NCBI GenBank assembly: GCA_013265495.1
Contig: MU057503.1
Span: 682,001 to 746,000 of the forward strand
Reading direction: 5' to 3'
Length of the DNA stretch: 64,000 nucleotides
From: Vicugna vicugna
Taxonomy: Eukaryota
Within the stretch, counting starts at the first letter, position 1. The number at the start of each line of letters is the position of its first letter. This document shows, piece by piece, positions 48,791 through 62,746 of the stretch. Both the position numbers and the translations under genes were made by a program. The notes below the pieces were generated by a model. The model was not told where the DNA came from, did not search any database, and worked only from the letters and a program-made list of their open reading frames with translations.

Positions 48791-49800
48791 TTTCAATTCC
48801 TCAGATTCAGTACAGTAGGAGCCCAGTGCCACCTGTATTTCTCTGTATTTTTCCCTCACGTGTTTCCTTCCCCTGTCCTCCCCTAACTTTTCCCTCCTTA
48901 TCCATATCCTCTTTGAAGTTGTGTGTTTATTTCAGACGCCTAAACTCCAGGCAAGCAATCATGCGTTGTTGGTATTATTTGTTCCCAAATTTCTTTCTCA
49001 CTTGTCCTGCCACTAGTTTAAGGCATTGAAAGCGAGGGGGGGATAAATGACTTAAAAATTCATTGAAACACAGCTGAAAGCAACATAATCTAACTGGCTA
49101 TCACTGGGAAACAATTATGGCCAGCAGCGTCACTTTATGAGTTGGAAGCAGCAGTGTTTTAAGTGAAAGCGATGTGCAAAAGCAGACCTCCAAGAGTCAC
49201 AGATGGCTACAGGCTTTTCAATACTGATTTTAGCTGCAATATTCAGTAAATATCCAATAGTCAACATGGTGCCAGAAAGGAGGATCAGAAAAACTGAGAG
49301 TGATTCGTGCCTTTCAGGATCCAATGTCCAGGTGTGATATTAGAAACACAAATTCATATTCAGTGGAGGAAGGGCTGTTAGCATGTCAGTATACACACAT
49401 GCGCACACGCACACATTACTGTTTTTGAAAAACAAAGTAGTGCAATCACTTAGAGGTACCTTCGAGTGCTATAAATAGTTTCCTAAACTGGTGGTTTCCT
49501 TAATAGGTGGATACAGAGTACAAGTAATAGTCAAAGTTAAAATGCAAAAGAATACCTAAAAAAATACTAATTTTGAAAACTTCTTATATAATTTTTTTAT
49601 TGCCACAACTTAGTCATTAAGATTGGTCAGCATGTATTCCCAAAATAACTGACTTCCCGTGCACTTCTTTAAAAAAAAAAAAGTCATATAAATTAAAGGC
49701 CTTTGCTTTTTGAGCCCCTGCCTGTACTTACTCTAGAAGTGCAAAGACCCTGCATTTTTAGAATATTCCATCACAGGTGAAACACGAAGCTTGAGGTCTC

Positions 49801-49803
<3 letters not shown>

Positions 49804-49837
<34 letters not shown>
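49804..49837. repeat. (CA)n microsatellite
   Basis: About 17 CA units. Confidence 0.95.
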
Positions 49838-49838
<1 letters not shown>

Positions 49839-52800
49839 GCATATTTTCAGAATTCCAAAATCCACCAAAACACCTCGAATTGGTCTCCTATCACGTATTT
49901 CCAGCTAAAAGAGTCTTGATGTTTATTCCCGCGTGACCTATGCTCCTCCTTACATGGCTCACTCATTTTGCTGGTTCGTTTCTTGTATGATGATCACGAG
50001 TCACCCATATCCTTTCCTCTGGCTCCCCTGCATCAGCCCCTAGAGACTGAAATGACCTGGGCCCCGAGCAGGCTCAGCACGCCACTTGTGACTTGCCCTG
50101 TGTTTTGTCAGTTCCCTTTAACAGACTGTCTTCTGCTTTTCAGTGGGTATTTGGAAATCTTTCACTTAGGACATTGACAGTCCTCGTGGGAATCAGTGTA
50201 GAGTGTAGTACGGATCAAAATCCAGGCTAAGAGAGGATGGACGCTCTCTGGCCAGGATCCACCAGCTCTGTAAGAGACAAAGGTCGTGTTAGTGGAATGA
50301 AGGAATGGCTGAAAAATTCTCTCAAAGGATAATGGGAAATGGGTCAACTAGCACAAGTCTTGGTTGAATTCACTGCTTGGTGGGAGCCATGGAGAGCTGG
50401 TTAGAAGTTGAACCCATTAAAATTGCTAAAAGAAAAAAAAAAAAAAAGCAGCTGTGGTTGGATGTTTTCCAGTTCACCTGAGTTACTGTTACAAAAAATA
50501 AGAACCATTAACGTGAAGTGTAGTTGCCAAGAAACTCTTCAGAAGCTGAAAGAAAGAATGAGAATATGAAGAAGCCATAAAAGCTCCCTGGATCAAAATG
50601 TTAAGGACAGAGTGAAGCAGTTGCTCCCTAAAATGATAGCGTCCCTGAGCTGCCAGTGTCACTTTCTCTTTTCTTGGTGAGCTGGCCGACTACAACAGGT
50701 TGCTCTCACGGCCAGTGTTACGTTGTTCCAGGGCTAGTATCTGCTCTAGAGATTCGTGCTCTCTGCTTGTTGCCTCTTCTTTTCTTTTTGCCTGGGATGA
50801 TGGAGGTGAAAGTCAAAATCAGTGCTTTTTTTTTTTCCGGGTTAGCAACACTTGTACATGTTTGAAGGGGAGGAGGTGATAACTGACAATAAAAGTTAAA
50901 ATTTTTCCGTCATGTCTGATAACATTTGCCATTGTATTTCCCATTTACCATAAGTAGTGGAAGCTGGTGGATCACTATTAAGTACTACTCTTAGGTTTAA
51001 TACTTGGTTGTCTTTATCTAAAACCTACTGCTACTTGCTCCCTTACACCACAGCTATTGACGTTGGCTGTGGAGCTCATGACAGGAGGCACTTGGAGGCA
51101 GAGGTGCCAAACTGGGACTTGCATACCAGGCGGTGTTTGTTCAGGACTTAGGGATGGATCGCCCCCGCCATTCACTGAGAAGAGCTTTCTTATATCTTGG
51201 TTTGTCCCAGCTGTTGTTCTGCGACATCTGAGAGCGCTTCCTATAACTTCGGGGGATTACGCAATCCTGCAAAATAGTCTCAAAACAAGATTTAAATTAA
51301 CTTTGTTTTCGTAGGCATGCCCTATGTCTTATAGTACCTTCCCTCTCTGCCTCTTCTGGGATGAGGAGGAATGAAAGAATGTTGGGATGTGAACTCAATT
51401 TTATTTTTCCTTCAAGACCATAGAAGCCATATATGGAAGACCTACCATGTGCTTGGGCACTGTATGTACAGGAGAGATCCACTAGCCCCATGAAACAGAG
51501 TTTATAAGTAAAAGAACTGGAACTATGAAAAATTCAGATACGTGGCCCAAGTCATATAGCTGTCAGGAGCAGTTCTGGAATTTTAACCTACTTCACTCTT
51601 TCCAGTTCATCATACTCATTTTCTAGCCACTGAAGTTCAGGGACTATGTCTTAACAAATCTTTGTGTATCCCATAGTCTAGAAGTGGAAGTCCAGCGTGA
51701 AATCTTTGTAGCTAATTGCTTGGGTAAATCACCTCTCGGGGTCTCCTAGGCTTCGTTTCTGGCTAGATCACCACAGTTGACTTTGGGGCTACTTGTCCTA
51801 TAGAGGGCATCGATAAGCACATCACATGCATGAGCTTAATGAACCCTTGCGACACTCTGTACTATGTCGTAAGTATAAATCTTTTATACAAAAGAAAAAG
51901 AAGAGACTGAGAGAGACTAATAGTGTGGGCACGTTCACAGAGCTAAAATCATGGGATCTTGATTCAAATGTAGGCTTTCTGAGTCTGGTCCAGAGCATGG
52001 ACCCTTACACTGTCCTGTACAGCTGCCGAGAGGAGTCTCACGGCCTCTTCCAGCTTTCTGGTTGCTGCAGGTGTTCTCATCTTGAAGAACTCTTTTGATT
52101 CCCTAACCCTTTCTTTTATCTACAGTGGTTTTTAAAATAAAATTAAAGTTTGAAGTCCTTTACAAATCAGAATAATTCTCCACTGGTTAACCCCTAATGC
52201 TGATCTGACACGTGTAGTCGATTATTCCACAGTTCCTATTTAGCTCTATTCACTATCTTCTCCAAACGACGTACACAAGCCAAGTCTTATGTGTGCTGTA
52301 TTTCTTCACCTGCAATATCCCTTTTAAAAAAGATAGTGCCTTCCCACCTTTTTAAAAATGTGACCCAGAGCAGCATAAAGTGTCGTTTTGTGTCATCAGG
52401 ACTCTTGTTTCCATGATAACAAGCCGTGATGCTGCCACATGGGATTACGCTTTACCGGGGAGGAGTGAACATCGGGGACAGATGATCCCTTACAAAACCG
52501 CAGTCCTGCTCTTATTCCATTGGAATGAAAGTGTTTGCCTTAAGAGCAAAAGCAAATGAAAACAATAAAAAATGAAAGCCCACCAAGCCATGTATTTATT
52601 CCTTCCTCTTTGTGAATATAAACATGCGAATTAACATTTTAAATGTTCAGTGTTCTGGGCAAAATAACAATCATATTAATATTACCACTTAAATATTTGG
52701 CCTTAATTTCTAGAATAGGTACAGTTATCTAATTAGAGGTGATAGAAATACAGATGAATAGAGGAAGAGGAAAACAGTTTAACAGAATGAATAGCTGCTG

Positions 52801-54119
52801 AAGAATCTCACATTTTTGTCATACTAAATGTTCATTATCATTTATTGAGGGTTTTTTGGTACCTTACTAAACAATTAAACATCATTTCTTACACTTAGGG
52901 TGTTTGCTTTAATGACTCAGATTTTTAAAAAAGATGGAAATTTAGAAGTATGTCCATAAATTACATTCTGTCTTACTACCACTCATTTTGCTAGAAGGCT
53001 GCCTTTTTTCTAGAAGCATATTTTAAGCCAATGAATTTATGGAGGAAATTAACAGTAAAATGTTAGAGCATTTGCATTTTGTCAAAACAGACAAACAAAA
53101 CTTTAGGAAATAATGTTTTTCATATTCAATAGTTGCCCTTATTTACTACTTACCAGCTTAAAATATACTGAAAAACTGGCAGCCTTACTTTTTTAGGTTT
53201 TCAAATATTTAATACTCTTTAAAACTGTCTCTTTTTTTTTTTTTTTTTCCTGGAGCATCTGGTAAAGTAGTATAAGTGAAATGTTTCAGAAAAATTTCCC
53301 CTGAGTTATTGGGAATAAAAGGAGAGCTTATCTGAGACACACCCTCATATTTTCTGAAAGAATGTCAGTCCCTACCCAGAATGATTTTTTCCATAGAAGC
53401 GATGTGTTTTTCTGCATCAAGAGTTAAAGAGGAGAATTGATCGATGCTCCTCAAATACTGCTCAAGTCTAAGAGAGCATTTTTAAAGATCTAAGATTTAA
53501 TGGGTTCAAAGTCTTTAAAAAGAAAATAAAATCTATACTGGAGTGAATGTATTTTCCTACCTAATTCTGACTGCCTTTGTGTTTTCTGACATTGTCTACC
53601 TGCTTGACTTTAGGTATTTCTGATTTTTTTCCCAGCCATCATTTGACTGGGAACAAATCCCTTTTCTTTTCTGCTAACCTACTGAAGCTTTGTGGAAAAA
53701 AAAAAAAGGTCAAGAGGAGGAGGAAAATGTGAAGCAGATTGGTCATGGTCAGAGCTGTGGACTTGAGTATGTGACGTGGTCTAGGGCTCACAACAAGATG
53801 GGGCAGGTGGAGTGGAGGAGAGATTCAGATACTTCCTTCCCACCCAGTGGGTGGAACGCCCCTAGTGTGACCATTTCCTGCTTGTTTTGGAACGTAGCCC
53901 CGGGGGCTGTTTGGAAAAGCAGTGTCCGACTGCATTCCTGCAGACCGTGATCATGAGCTCCTTTCCCTTGCTGGCTTCTTCTTAGGCTTCGCGTGGCTCA
54001 GAATAATTGCCCACCAGGTCGGTAACTGCAGGCCTGAATTCTGAAAGCTTATCTTCGCTTGTCTGCTTTGTGATAACCGAATCATGAATCACATGTGCCC
54101 TGCTGGTTCAGCGTTGTGA

Positions 54120-54150
<31 letters not shown>

Positions 54151-54168
54151 CACATGTGTGTGCACACA
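54120..54168. repeat. (TG)n(CG)n alternating purine-pyrimidine tract
   Basis: tgtgtg...tgtgcgcgcgcacatgtgtgtgcacaca. Confidence 0.9.
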
Positions 54169-54169
54169 G

Positions 54170-55630
54170 AGGAGCACTGACGCACTAATCCCGAGCTCCT
54201 GCTCTGTGTCCAGGGCAGTTGAGGGCCCGTGCATAATCAAGTGATAATCAAGGTAGGCAAGGACCCTGCTCACATGGAGCTCATACTCAGACAAAATTGG
54301 GGCAAAACATAGAAATGAGGAGAGAAAGAAAGAAAGAAAAGAAAGAGTATTGGATATGACAAGTACCAAGGTGATGGGATAGAAAAATACTGGTAGGGAA
54401 GGATTCCTTTAGATTAGGTGGTCAGGAAAGGTCCCCTGGGGGAGTAAAACTCAAGCTGAGAACAAAGTGCATATTCTCAAAAGTGTATGCAGTTATGCAA
54501 AGAATGATTGGAAGAATATTCTAAGCAGAGGAAAAGAGCTAATGCAAAGACCCTTGGGTTGAAATAATCTGTGCTTGAGGACTGTTTCTGTGAGTGGAGT
54601 GGAGTGGGTGAGGGGAGAGTGGTAAGAGGCAAGTGGGGCCAAATTACGGAAGGTTTAGCCAACTGGTGTTAGGAGTTCAGATTTTATTGTAAGTGTGATT
54701 GGAAGCCTTCTGGATGTTTTCAGTTAGGGTGAGGATAGGGGGTGACACGATCTGTTATACATTTTTAAAAGATCACGTTTTTAGAAAGATCACATACTAA
54801 AATATAGTTTATCAGATCAAACACTTTAAAAAGAAAATATGACGAAGAGTATTTTGCGGGAGTGCAAGGTAGTAGACTGGAGGTAGGAAGGCCCCGGAAG
54901 CTGTGCTGTGACTCAGGGGAGAAGTAAAGTTGGCTTACACAAGGGATCTGGTTAGAGGAGACACAGAGAAATGGATGATTCTGGATACGACTCGATGTTA
55001 CAGAGAACAGGACTGGCAGATAGATTAGATGTGGAGGGTGAAGGAGGAGAACGAATCAAATTTACCTTACAGAATTTTACCTGGAGAAACTAGATGGATG
55101 TGGGTGCCTTTTGCCAGGATTAGTAAAACTGGAAGAAAGTGAGACTGAGAAAGTGTTGTGGAGTCAAGAGCTCTTTTAACCATGTTATTTCTGAGCCATG
55201 TACGTGAAGATGTCAACTAGGCCATTGGATGTGCAAGTCCAAGGACTTACACTTCGTGACTGAGACAAACCTGGAGATATGATCTGAATTGTTGAATTGG
55301 ATAAGATCTCAAAGAGTTTTCTAGGTAGCCCTAGGCCATTCCAACACTTAGAGAAGACGGATCGTCAGCAAAGCAGTCTGAAAGGTAGCAGCTCAGTGAA
55401 ATAAAAGGAGAACCAGGGAGGTGTGATGCCGTGGAAGCCAGGAAAGGAGGTGTTTCAGGAAGGATGGAGTAAGCAGCCGTGCTGAGGAAAGAGAAGTGGC
55501 CTATGGATGTAGTAACACAGAGATGATAGTAAAACAGTCTTGGTGTCATGTGCAGGCAGAGGCGTATCAGAAGAGATTAAGAATGTGGAGGTAGCGTTCT
55601 GGACTAGAAGCAACTCTTCCAAGAAGGTTC
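54170..55630 (-). mobile_element. Long L2 LINE fragment
   Basis: ccctgctcacatggagctcatactc...ggtggtcaggaaagg...caggactggcagatagattagatgtgg...ggaagccagg. Confidence 0.85.
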
Positions 55631-56461
55631 AACTCTTCCAAGAACTTTATAGTCAAGGGAGCTGTTTGTTTTTAAGTCAGGAGATTGGAGTACATTTGTA
55701 AGCCAATGGCTGTGTGAAGTAAAAGTCAGTATTTGGAAAACAGAATGAACTATATAGCTTTTGTAGAAATACTTAGAAATTTAAAATACTGCTTGATCTC
55801 TCTTAGTGGATTCTTGTTAATCCACAAGGGATTTTGTATTTGTGTGTGTGGAAAGAAATTGTTCCTTTTGAAATTTGGAGAGTTTATTAGTTCTCAAGCA
55901 GGTTGAAGCCAAAAAATACCTCGTGAGAGTCATACTTTAGGGGTGAGGCTTAAAAGTTCACAGTATAAAACAGTTCTTCACACAGAGAGCAGAAAGAATG
56001 AAAAGTTCCAGTCCTCTTCAAAGGTTAATGTAGAACTGTAGACACTTGCAAAAGAAAGAGGGTGTTTTCACAAGCAGATATTTAGGGAGCTGTCAAATTC
56101 AAACCCTGGGAAAAGAATAAATAAAGCGAACTTACTTATTTTAAAAAATGTGTGTTAAATCTTCAAAATAGAACAGGGAAGGCAAAAGTGAGGCACTGCA
56201 GGTAGAGAGTGCAGACAGGTGTAGGGCCAATAGCAAGTTCATGGAAACTTGGGGAGTAGGAAATGGGGAAATATCAAATATCTAGATGGCTTGATCAAAA
56301 CTAGGAGGCCATGAGTAATATCAGTGGATAGCCACAATTGACTACAGCAAAGGGACTGTTAGGAAACAAGTATATGAGGATAAATTGGGGACAATATTGT
56401 CGTTGGTTTGAATGCTGAGGCAAGAACCTAATTTTGCAAGGATTTTGAACAGTTGGAAGGT

Positions 56462-57232
56462 TTTTAAAAAAATAATTAAATTATAGTTAATTTACCATGT
56501 TGTGTTAGTTTCAGGCATACAGCAAAGTGATTCAGTTATACGTATATATATTATCATATATATATGTTTTATATATATATTTTTTCTCTATATTGCCCTT
56601 GACCACTTTTCTCTCCCCACTGGTAACCACTAGTTTGTTTTCTACGTTTGTGAGTCTGTTTCTTTTTTGTTATATTCACTAGTTTGTTTTATTTTTTAGA
56701 TTCCACATCTAAGGGGTAACATACAATATTTGTCTTTCTCTGTCTGACTTATTTCACTTCGTATAATGCCCTCCAGCGTCCAACCATGTTGCAAATGGCA
56801 ACATTTCATTCTTTTTTACGGCTGAGTAGTATTCCATCGTATATATACCACATCTTCTGTATCCACTCTTCTGTTGATGGGCACGCAGTTTGCTTCCATA
56901 TCTTGGCAATTGTAAGTAATGTTTCTGTGAAATTGGGGTGCATGTATCTTTTTGAATTACTGTATTTTTTCTGGATATATACCCAGATCATATGCTGGAT
57001 CATATGGTAGTTCTATCTTTAGGTTTTTGAGGAACCTCCATACTGTTTGTCACAGTGGCTGCGCCAACAATGAACGAGAGTTGAATGAACAAACACTCTC
57101 CCCAGCACTTGCTGTTTGTGGTCTTTTTGATGATAGCCATTCTAACAGGTGTGAGGTGGCATCTCACTGTGGTTTTCATTTGCAGTTCTCTGATGATTAG
57201 CTATGTTGAGCGTCTTCTCGTGTGCCTATTTA
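56462..57232 (-). mobile_element. L1 3' fragment
   Basis: ORF 56806-57003(-) IAKIWKQTACPSTEEWIQKMWYIY is the L1 ORF2 C-terminus. Confidence 0.9.
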
Positions 57233-57529
57233 GGCTCTGAATTCTGGACTATTGATTTCATCTTTAAACTCCTCTGATTCAGTTTTTCAACATTTCCCCT
57301 CCTCCAAGTTGTCCCTACATATACCCTCCATGGAGTATGCAGTTCATGTCCCTACATGTAAGAGCCTAGTGTGCCTTCCATCTGAGCTTAGTAGAATGAT
57401 TAGGGAAAGGTTTCAAGAGCCCGAGGATCTCATTCAGAGCAAATGTCAGAAACGTAAGGGAGTTAGGAGAAAGCAGGCCAGGGATTCATTCATTCATTAA
57501 ACATTTATAGAGCACCTAGATGAACTAGA

Positions 57530-58499
57530 CACATCCAGCTTGGTGGGCGTGTGACCTGTGCAGTCACAGAGGGTCCTTTGCTCAGAAGGGCCCTGTGCTT
57601 GGTTTAATGCTTTGCTGTCACCATCTTGAAGTTCTTAATTTTGTGGTTGAACATGTGATTTTTTAAAGTGAAGTCCGACGGGACAGTGGAGCGTGAGCAG
57701 AGGAGATACACACAGCGTACGTATCTTCCGTATTTTTTGTTGCCCATTCCCATATAGCACAGGTGATACCCAGGAGCACAGGATTCCAGTGGACCCATGA
57801 TGGGCAGGAGTTCAGTGAGACGCAAAGCTAGTATGAGATTATTGTGGTACATCTAGGACTAAGTATGCAGGAGTGCTGACAGCCCCAAGAGACCACACTT
57901 TCCATTCAAACCAGAACTTGCTTCAAACACAGAGAGAAGACATTGGTGTTCTAAGAAACATGGATGATCAAGGAAACTCGTCGTATCCTTTCTTAGTTTT
58001 GTTGCATTGAAAATGATGATTCAGAAGGGGAAAGATAGTTCATTTTCCTTTCAGCTATTTTGTACTCATCAGTACGCTGAAGGTAGACAGCGTTGGTAGA
58101 CTGTGTATATATAAAGGAGAGAATTTAAATAATTGAGTTAGTTGTATGCAGCATATCTGCTGTTCTTTAAGAATATACGCATGCATGTGCAAGCTACAAA
58201 ATAGAAACTGTAATTCCGATGTTTCTACACATGTGTTAAATGCACTCTTATTTGCATTTAGATCTGGAAACACAATATAAAGATGAATGGTAAAACTTCA
58301 TCCTGACAAATTACAGTTTAAATTTGTCTTAGAACAATCTTAAGTAGCAAATAAAAATACCACAGCACATGGAGAGAGAGAAGAGGGAGGTAAACACTTT
58401 ATGTTTAAATACTCTTAGTAGTACTTCTATCCTGCTTTCTGAACGAGGACCCCCACTTGTCACATTGCATGGGTCCCACAAATTATGTAGCTAGACCTG
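57530..58499 (+). mobile_element. MER45B/C-like hAT-Tip100 element inserted in an L2
   Basis: 5' gggcgtgtgacctgtgcagtcacag...ctcagaagggccc...cttggtttaatgct; 3' gggtcccacaaattatgtagctagacctg. Confidence 0.88.
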
Positions 58500-58669
58500 G
58501 GGCCAGGCACTATGCTAGGAAACAGGAATAGAATGATGGACGAGTAAGACATAGACTCTGCCTTCATGGAGTATACAGTTCAGAGGGCTAGTTCATAATA
58601 ATGATTGTTGTAAGAGGTATAAAGAAAGGTACAAGGTGTTACGAGAACATATAAATGGAAGAACCTGCT

Positions 58670-59165
58670 GTGTGGGCATCTTTGATTGCCTGCCCAACAG
58701 CCCTTCTCCTTTGCTAATGAAATTTGCTTCCTTTAGAAACAAAAATCTCCAGACACCCCCTCCCACTGGCTTCCCTAGCATATAGGTGTATGGGCATGTG
58801 GTTAAATCCTGTCCAGTGATATCTGAGTGAAAGTCTGTTGCACAGGACACTTTGGGGAAAGATTTTGCTCCCTGATAAAGAGAGAAACACGTAAGGAGAA
58901 AACTCTCCCCTTCTTTCTTACTTTAGATATTGTTGTGTGAGCACGTGATGCTTGGAGCTGTGGTAGCCATCTTGTGACCATGAGGGGAAAGTCAAGAAAG
59001 TGGCAGAAAACTCACGTAGGACTCTAACATAACTTTGAACTTCTGTGTCATCCAGAGCTGTATGCCATAGAACACTTGTTAGGTGAGGAAAAATACATTC
59101 TCGTTGTTAAAGACACTTTCAGTCGGGTGTTCTGTTGCTTACAGCCTAAGACTTCGTAGCTGATG
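58670..59165 (+). mobile_element. MLT1J-like MaLR LTR inserted in an L2
   Basis: tgatgcttggagctgtggtagccatcttgtgaccatgagg...tgttctgttgcttacagcc. Confidence 0.8.
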
Positions 59166-60599
59166 CTTTGATCTAGACTGAGTAATCAGGGAGATTTCTT
59201 CTGAGGAAGTGACATTTCATATACACCAAAAGGATAATTAGGAACCAAGTTTTTGAAGATTTGAGAGGAAATGAGTTCCAGACATACAGAATAAGCATAT
59301 GTGAAGGTCCTGAATCAGGAAGGTACATGGATTGTTTGAGGAGCTAAGATTCCGAAGTGGCTGTGCTGAAGACCAGAGGAGGTGTTCGGCATCCCGGGCG
59401 TCAGGCTGTAGGATACACCAGTGGATGGATGGCTTGACCCTGGTCTTTCTAGAGGGTAGTGATCAGCTTGTTGCTACTACTCTGTAAACTGTCCACGAAG
59501 TCCCAGGCCCCAGCACTCAGCGCTCTCCCACAGCTGACTGAGGGCACAAGTTTTCATTTTCATTCATGATCATGCTTGTGAGAAGTGGGTGCTCTGTCTG
59601 CATATAGCTACTGTGATCAGTGACACAGGGGTTATCAGAATTTTACCAAAGTGTAAACCTTTTAGTACATCACCCTCCTTGTCCCGATAAATCAGCAAAA
59701 CGATATGGAGGCAGCCGAGAACACAGAGTAAAATCTGTGGCATTGTGCCTCAGCAGATATCCTTAAAAACATTTTTTTTTAAAGACTTGGATGATTCCCC
59801 AAATGATAAAAATGATTAGAAGGGCAAAGTCATCAGGAGCATTTGTATAATTGCAGTGTTGATGGTTAGAATCCAATCAGCCTCCGTAACCAAGGCCCAG
59901 TGGGGGTGGGGCGCTGATTCCTGCAGTCATGATGCCCCAAGGAACAAGGCTGTCAGAGCCATCACCATCACCGTGTTTACCACCATGTCGTCAGGCCTTG
60001 GGCTCAGTGCCAGGAGGCAGGGAGAGCTGTGTTTACAAAATAGACCCTCATCTCAAAGGCCCGTTTAAGCTGCAATTGTGCCGTGGTAAAGACTTTCTGT
60101 AATTTGTGGGAAGGAGGAGATGGAACCCTGGACCCTGTGTTAGAAGCAAAAAGAAAACCAAGGTGAAGAGAGGAAATAGCATTTAATTATGTTCTTAAAA
60201 AATGCATATGGCACCTGCCAGCATTCTAGAAACATGATCTCATGAACCCTAATAGCCCTATTGGCCCCACAGCTGAGGAGAGGAAATGGGAGGGGCGGGG
60301 TGCCTAAGTGGCTTGTCCGCAGCAGGAATGATCTAGAGCCCTCAGGGAAATAAAACCAGCCTTGTTGATTTAAAGGTTCTCGTTCACCTTTTCTTCTAGT
60401 TTTTAAATCTTGGCTCAGACTGGGCACGAAATAGAAGCAGGCACTGGGGCACAGAGTGGCTGTGGGCCTGGTGATATTCAAGTGGGAAAACCCAGCATGA
60501 TGTAGTCACCTAATTAAAAAAAAAAGATGATTTCTGAGTCTACGTTAAGTGTATCTCACTGGAGCTAGACAGGCATGAGCAGTCTCTGTGTCTATTTGT

Positions 60600-61010
60600 G
60601 CCTTCATTGATTTGACAAATATTGGTTGAGTGTCTTACCACTTACCATTTGCGCCTGGCACAGCGCGAGGCACCAGGGATAGAGCGCGGGGGGTGGGGGG
60701 TGACTCAGCCGGCAAGGCTCCGCTCTCACGGAGCTCACCTCCTCCAGGGAGAGACACAGGCAATAAACAAGTCAAAAAGAAATGAAGACGAGAGCCACAG
60801 AGAGGGGGCCTGCTGTAGGAAGCAGAGCAAGAGAAAGGCAAAGGATGTGAATCCGGAGGGTGGGATTCCTTCGGAGAAGGTAGCCAGGGAAGAACTCTTT
60901 CAAACGTGCAGTAGGCGTGGAGAGCTGGGAGAAAACCGGGGATGGATTCTTGGTGAGGTCTGCAAGCGCAAAGGCCTGAGACACATAGGGGCAGGACCGG
61001 CAGAAAGAAA
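60600..61010 (-). mobile_element. L2 3' fragment
   Basis: ttcattgatttgacaaatattggttgagtg...ctctcacggagctcac...agccagggaagaactcttt. Confidence 0.7.
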
Positions 61011-62539
61011 CCGTGTGACTGGATTGTCAAGAGAAAGAGGGCAAGTGGTAGAAAAAGCAGTTGGAGAACCAGTCATTTATTCAAAAAAGAAAAAGAGACT
61101 GAATATGCCACGCCAGTCAATGTCCTAGGAGCTGCTTCAGTGGAAAGCTCTATGCCTTCTTTCTCTGGTTGGCTCTTTTGCAAGATTCCCCAGAAATATA
61201 AAATTGCAGAGAGAAAATGCCCTGCCCTGCGGGCCTCAGTCTCTTGTTTCTCTCTTGCTTGTTCTGCAGTGAGGCGCTTAATGACCTTATTTTGCCTTAA
61301 TGTACTTTCATAGAAAAAAACCCCAGGACATGATTCCAGGCCCATTTTTAAGGCAGTTTATGAAATAGGAATGAATATGAGCACAGTTTGTTCCAGTGAG
61401 TCTCCAATAATCAAATGCGCCCTTGCTTGGCAGATTTTTGGCTTCCACAAAGGGATTCTAATTGCGAGGGGTTTTTGCAAAATCAGCATTTAGTATTCTG
61501 AGACACTCATTCAGCAAATACTTTGTTAGTATAATCGGCTTCGATGTATAAAGTAATTTGAAGAGTGATTCTGAAGAGAGTCTCTGACCAATCCCTGCGT
61601 GAACCCTGGTAAATGACACTGCAGAAGGTCTCCATCCAAATGGGATCAGGATAGATTTGTGCATTTATAGATTTGTGGGTTTAGCCGCTGTGTATAAATC
61701 CAAACCACTTAACTTAAATCCTGGATCAAAGAAGATGTAGCTATGTATATATGACTTCTCTTTTTCTGCTCTGGCCAAAGCTCTGATCACGACTGAGCCT
61801 GAGAAATCGCAAAAAGACTTACAAATCAAGAATTATTTTCTTCTTGTTTTCCTTCCCTTTTGGTGTAGGTTTTATGCTCACTGGGGCCTGCGGGTGTAGT
61901 CTAGCATAGCCGAGCCTGGCTGCCTAGAAAGGTTTAGTAGGAGGAATGGGGGAAAATTAGCAGTGGCGAGCGAGCGGTTAGCATACTTGATGCACAGATA
62001 TCAATGTACACGTTATTATTATTTTTTCAGTGTGACTTGAAAACCAATTATGCCTGTCCTGATGGGATTACAGGTGTGAGGAGGGCCGCGTAATTTCATT
62101 ATAGGGCAAATTTGCTGACTTCCATCTCCTGTTACTGTCAATGCCTTGAGTAGATCGAGGCTTTATCTTACTCACTGTTTAGCCCAGCATCATAGTAGGT
62201 GCTCATTAAATATTTGTTGCCTGAATGAAATATTAATAAAAATGGGAACTACAGTGAATTAGTTACAGTTAAGACAGTTTTCTCTTTGTGTGGGAGAAAC
62301 CAATTTTTAAAGTTTCCAATATATTCTCTTATAGTACTTAATTTTCTTTTTATTAAAGATGATTTTATGTACATATGCTAATTTTACAGATGTATAAGTG
62401 TGATGATACTGTAAAATTGTTTTCTTCATTCAGTCATTTTTTTCCTCCGTTCACCTAGCTTCCTTCTCCCACCACCCTCCAGCCCTCCAGTCCTCTGCTT
62501 CCACCTCCAAATCATATTGCTAACCTAACAATGTGTGTA

Positions 62540-62735
62540 ATTAAGACCAGGAATGTAGGAGGAAATATTCTTTGTTCTTATCCCAGCACCACCACTTTTA
62601 AGCTGCATGACCTTGGAAAGTTTCATAAATTTCCTTATCTGTAAAATCAAGATCATAAAACCTACATCAAAGAGTTATGAGAACTAAGTGAACTAATATG
62701 TGTAGAGCTCTTAGAAGAGTGTCTGTCACTTGCTT
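62540..62735 (+). mobile_element. MIR SINE
   Basis: gctgcatgaccttgg...tttccttatctgtaaaat. Confidence 0.75.
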
Positions 62736-62746
62736 CTAAACATACA

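Noticed and set aside
55611..55644. 15-bp direct repeat caactcttccaagaa
   Set aside because: A small slippage duplication at an L2 end, with only two units and no array or CRISPR-like structure.
60622..61128. 168-aa ORF
   Set aside because: Overlaps purine-rich antisense L2 sequence; a chance open frame.
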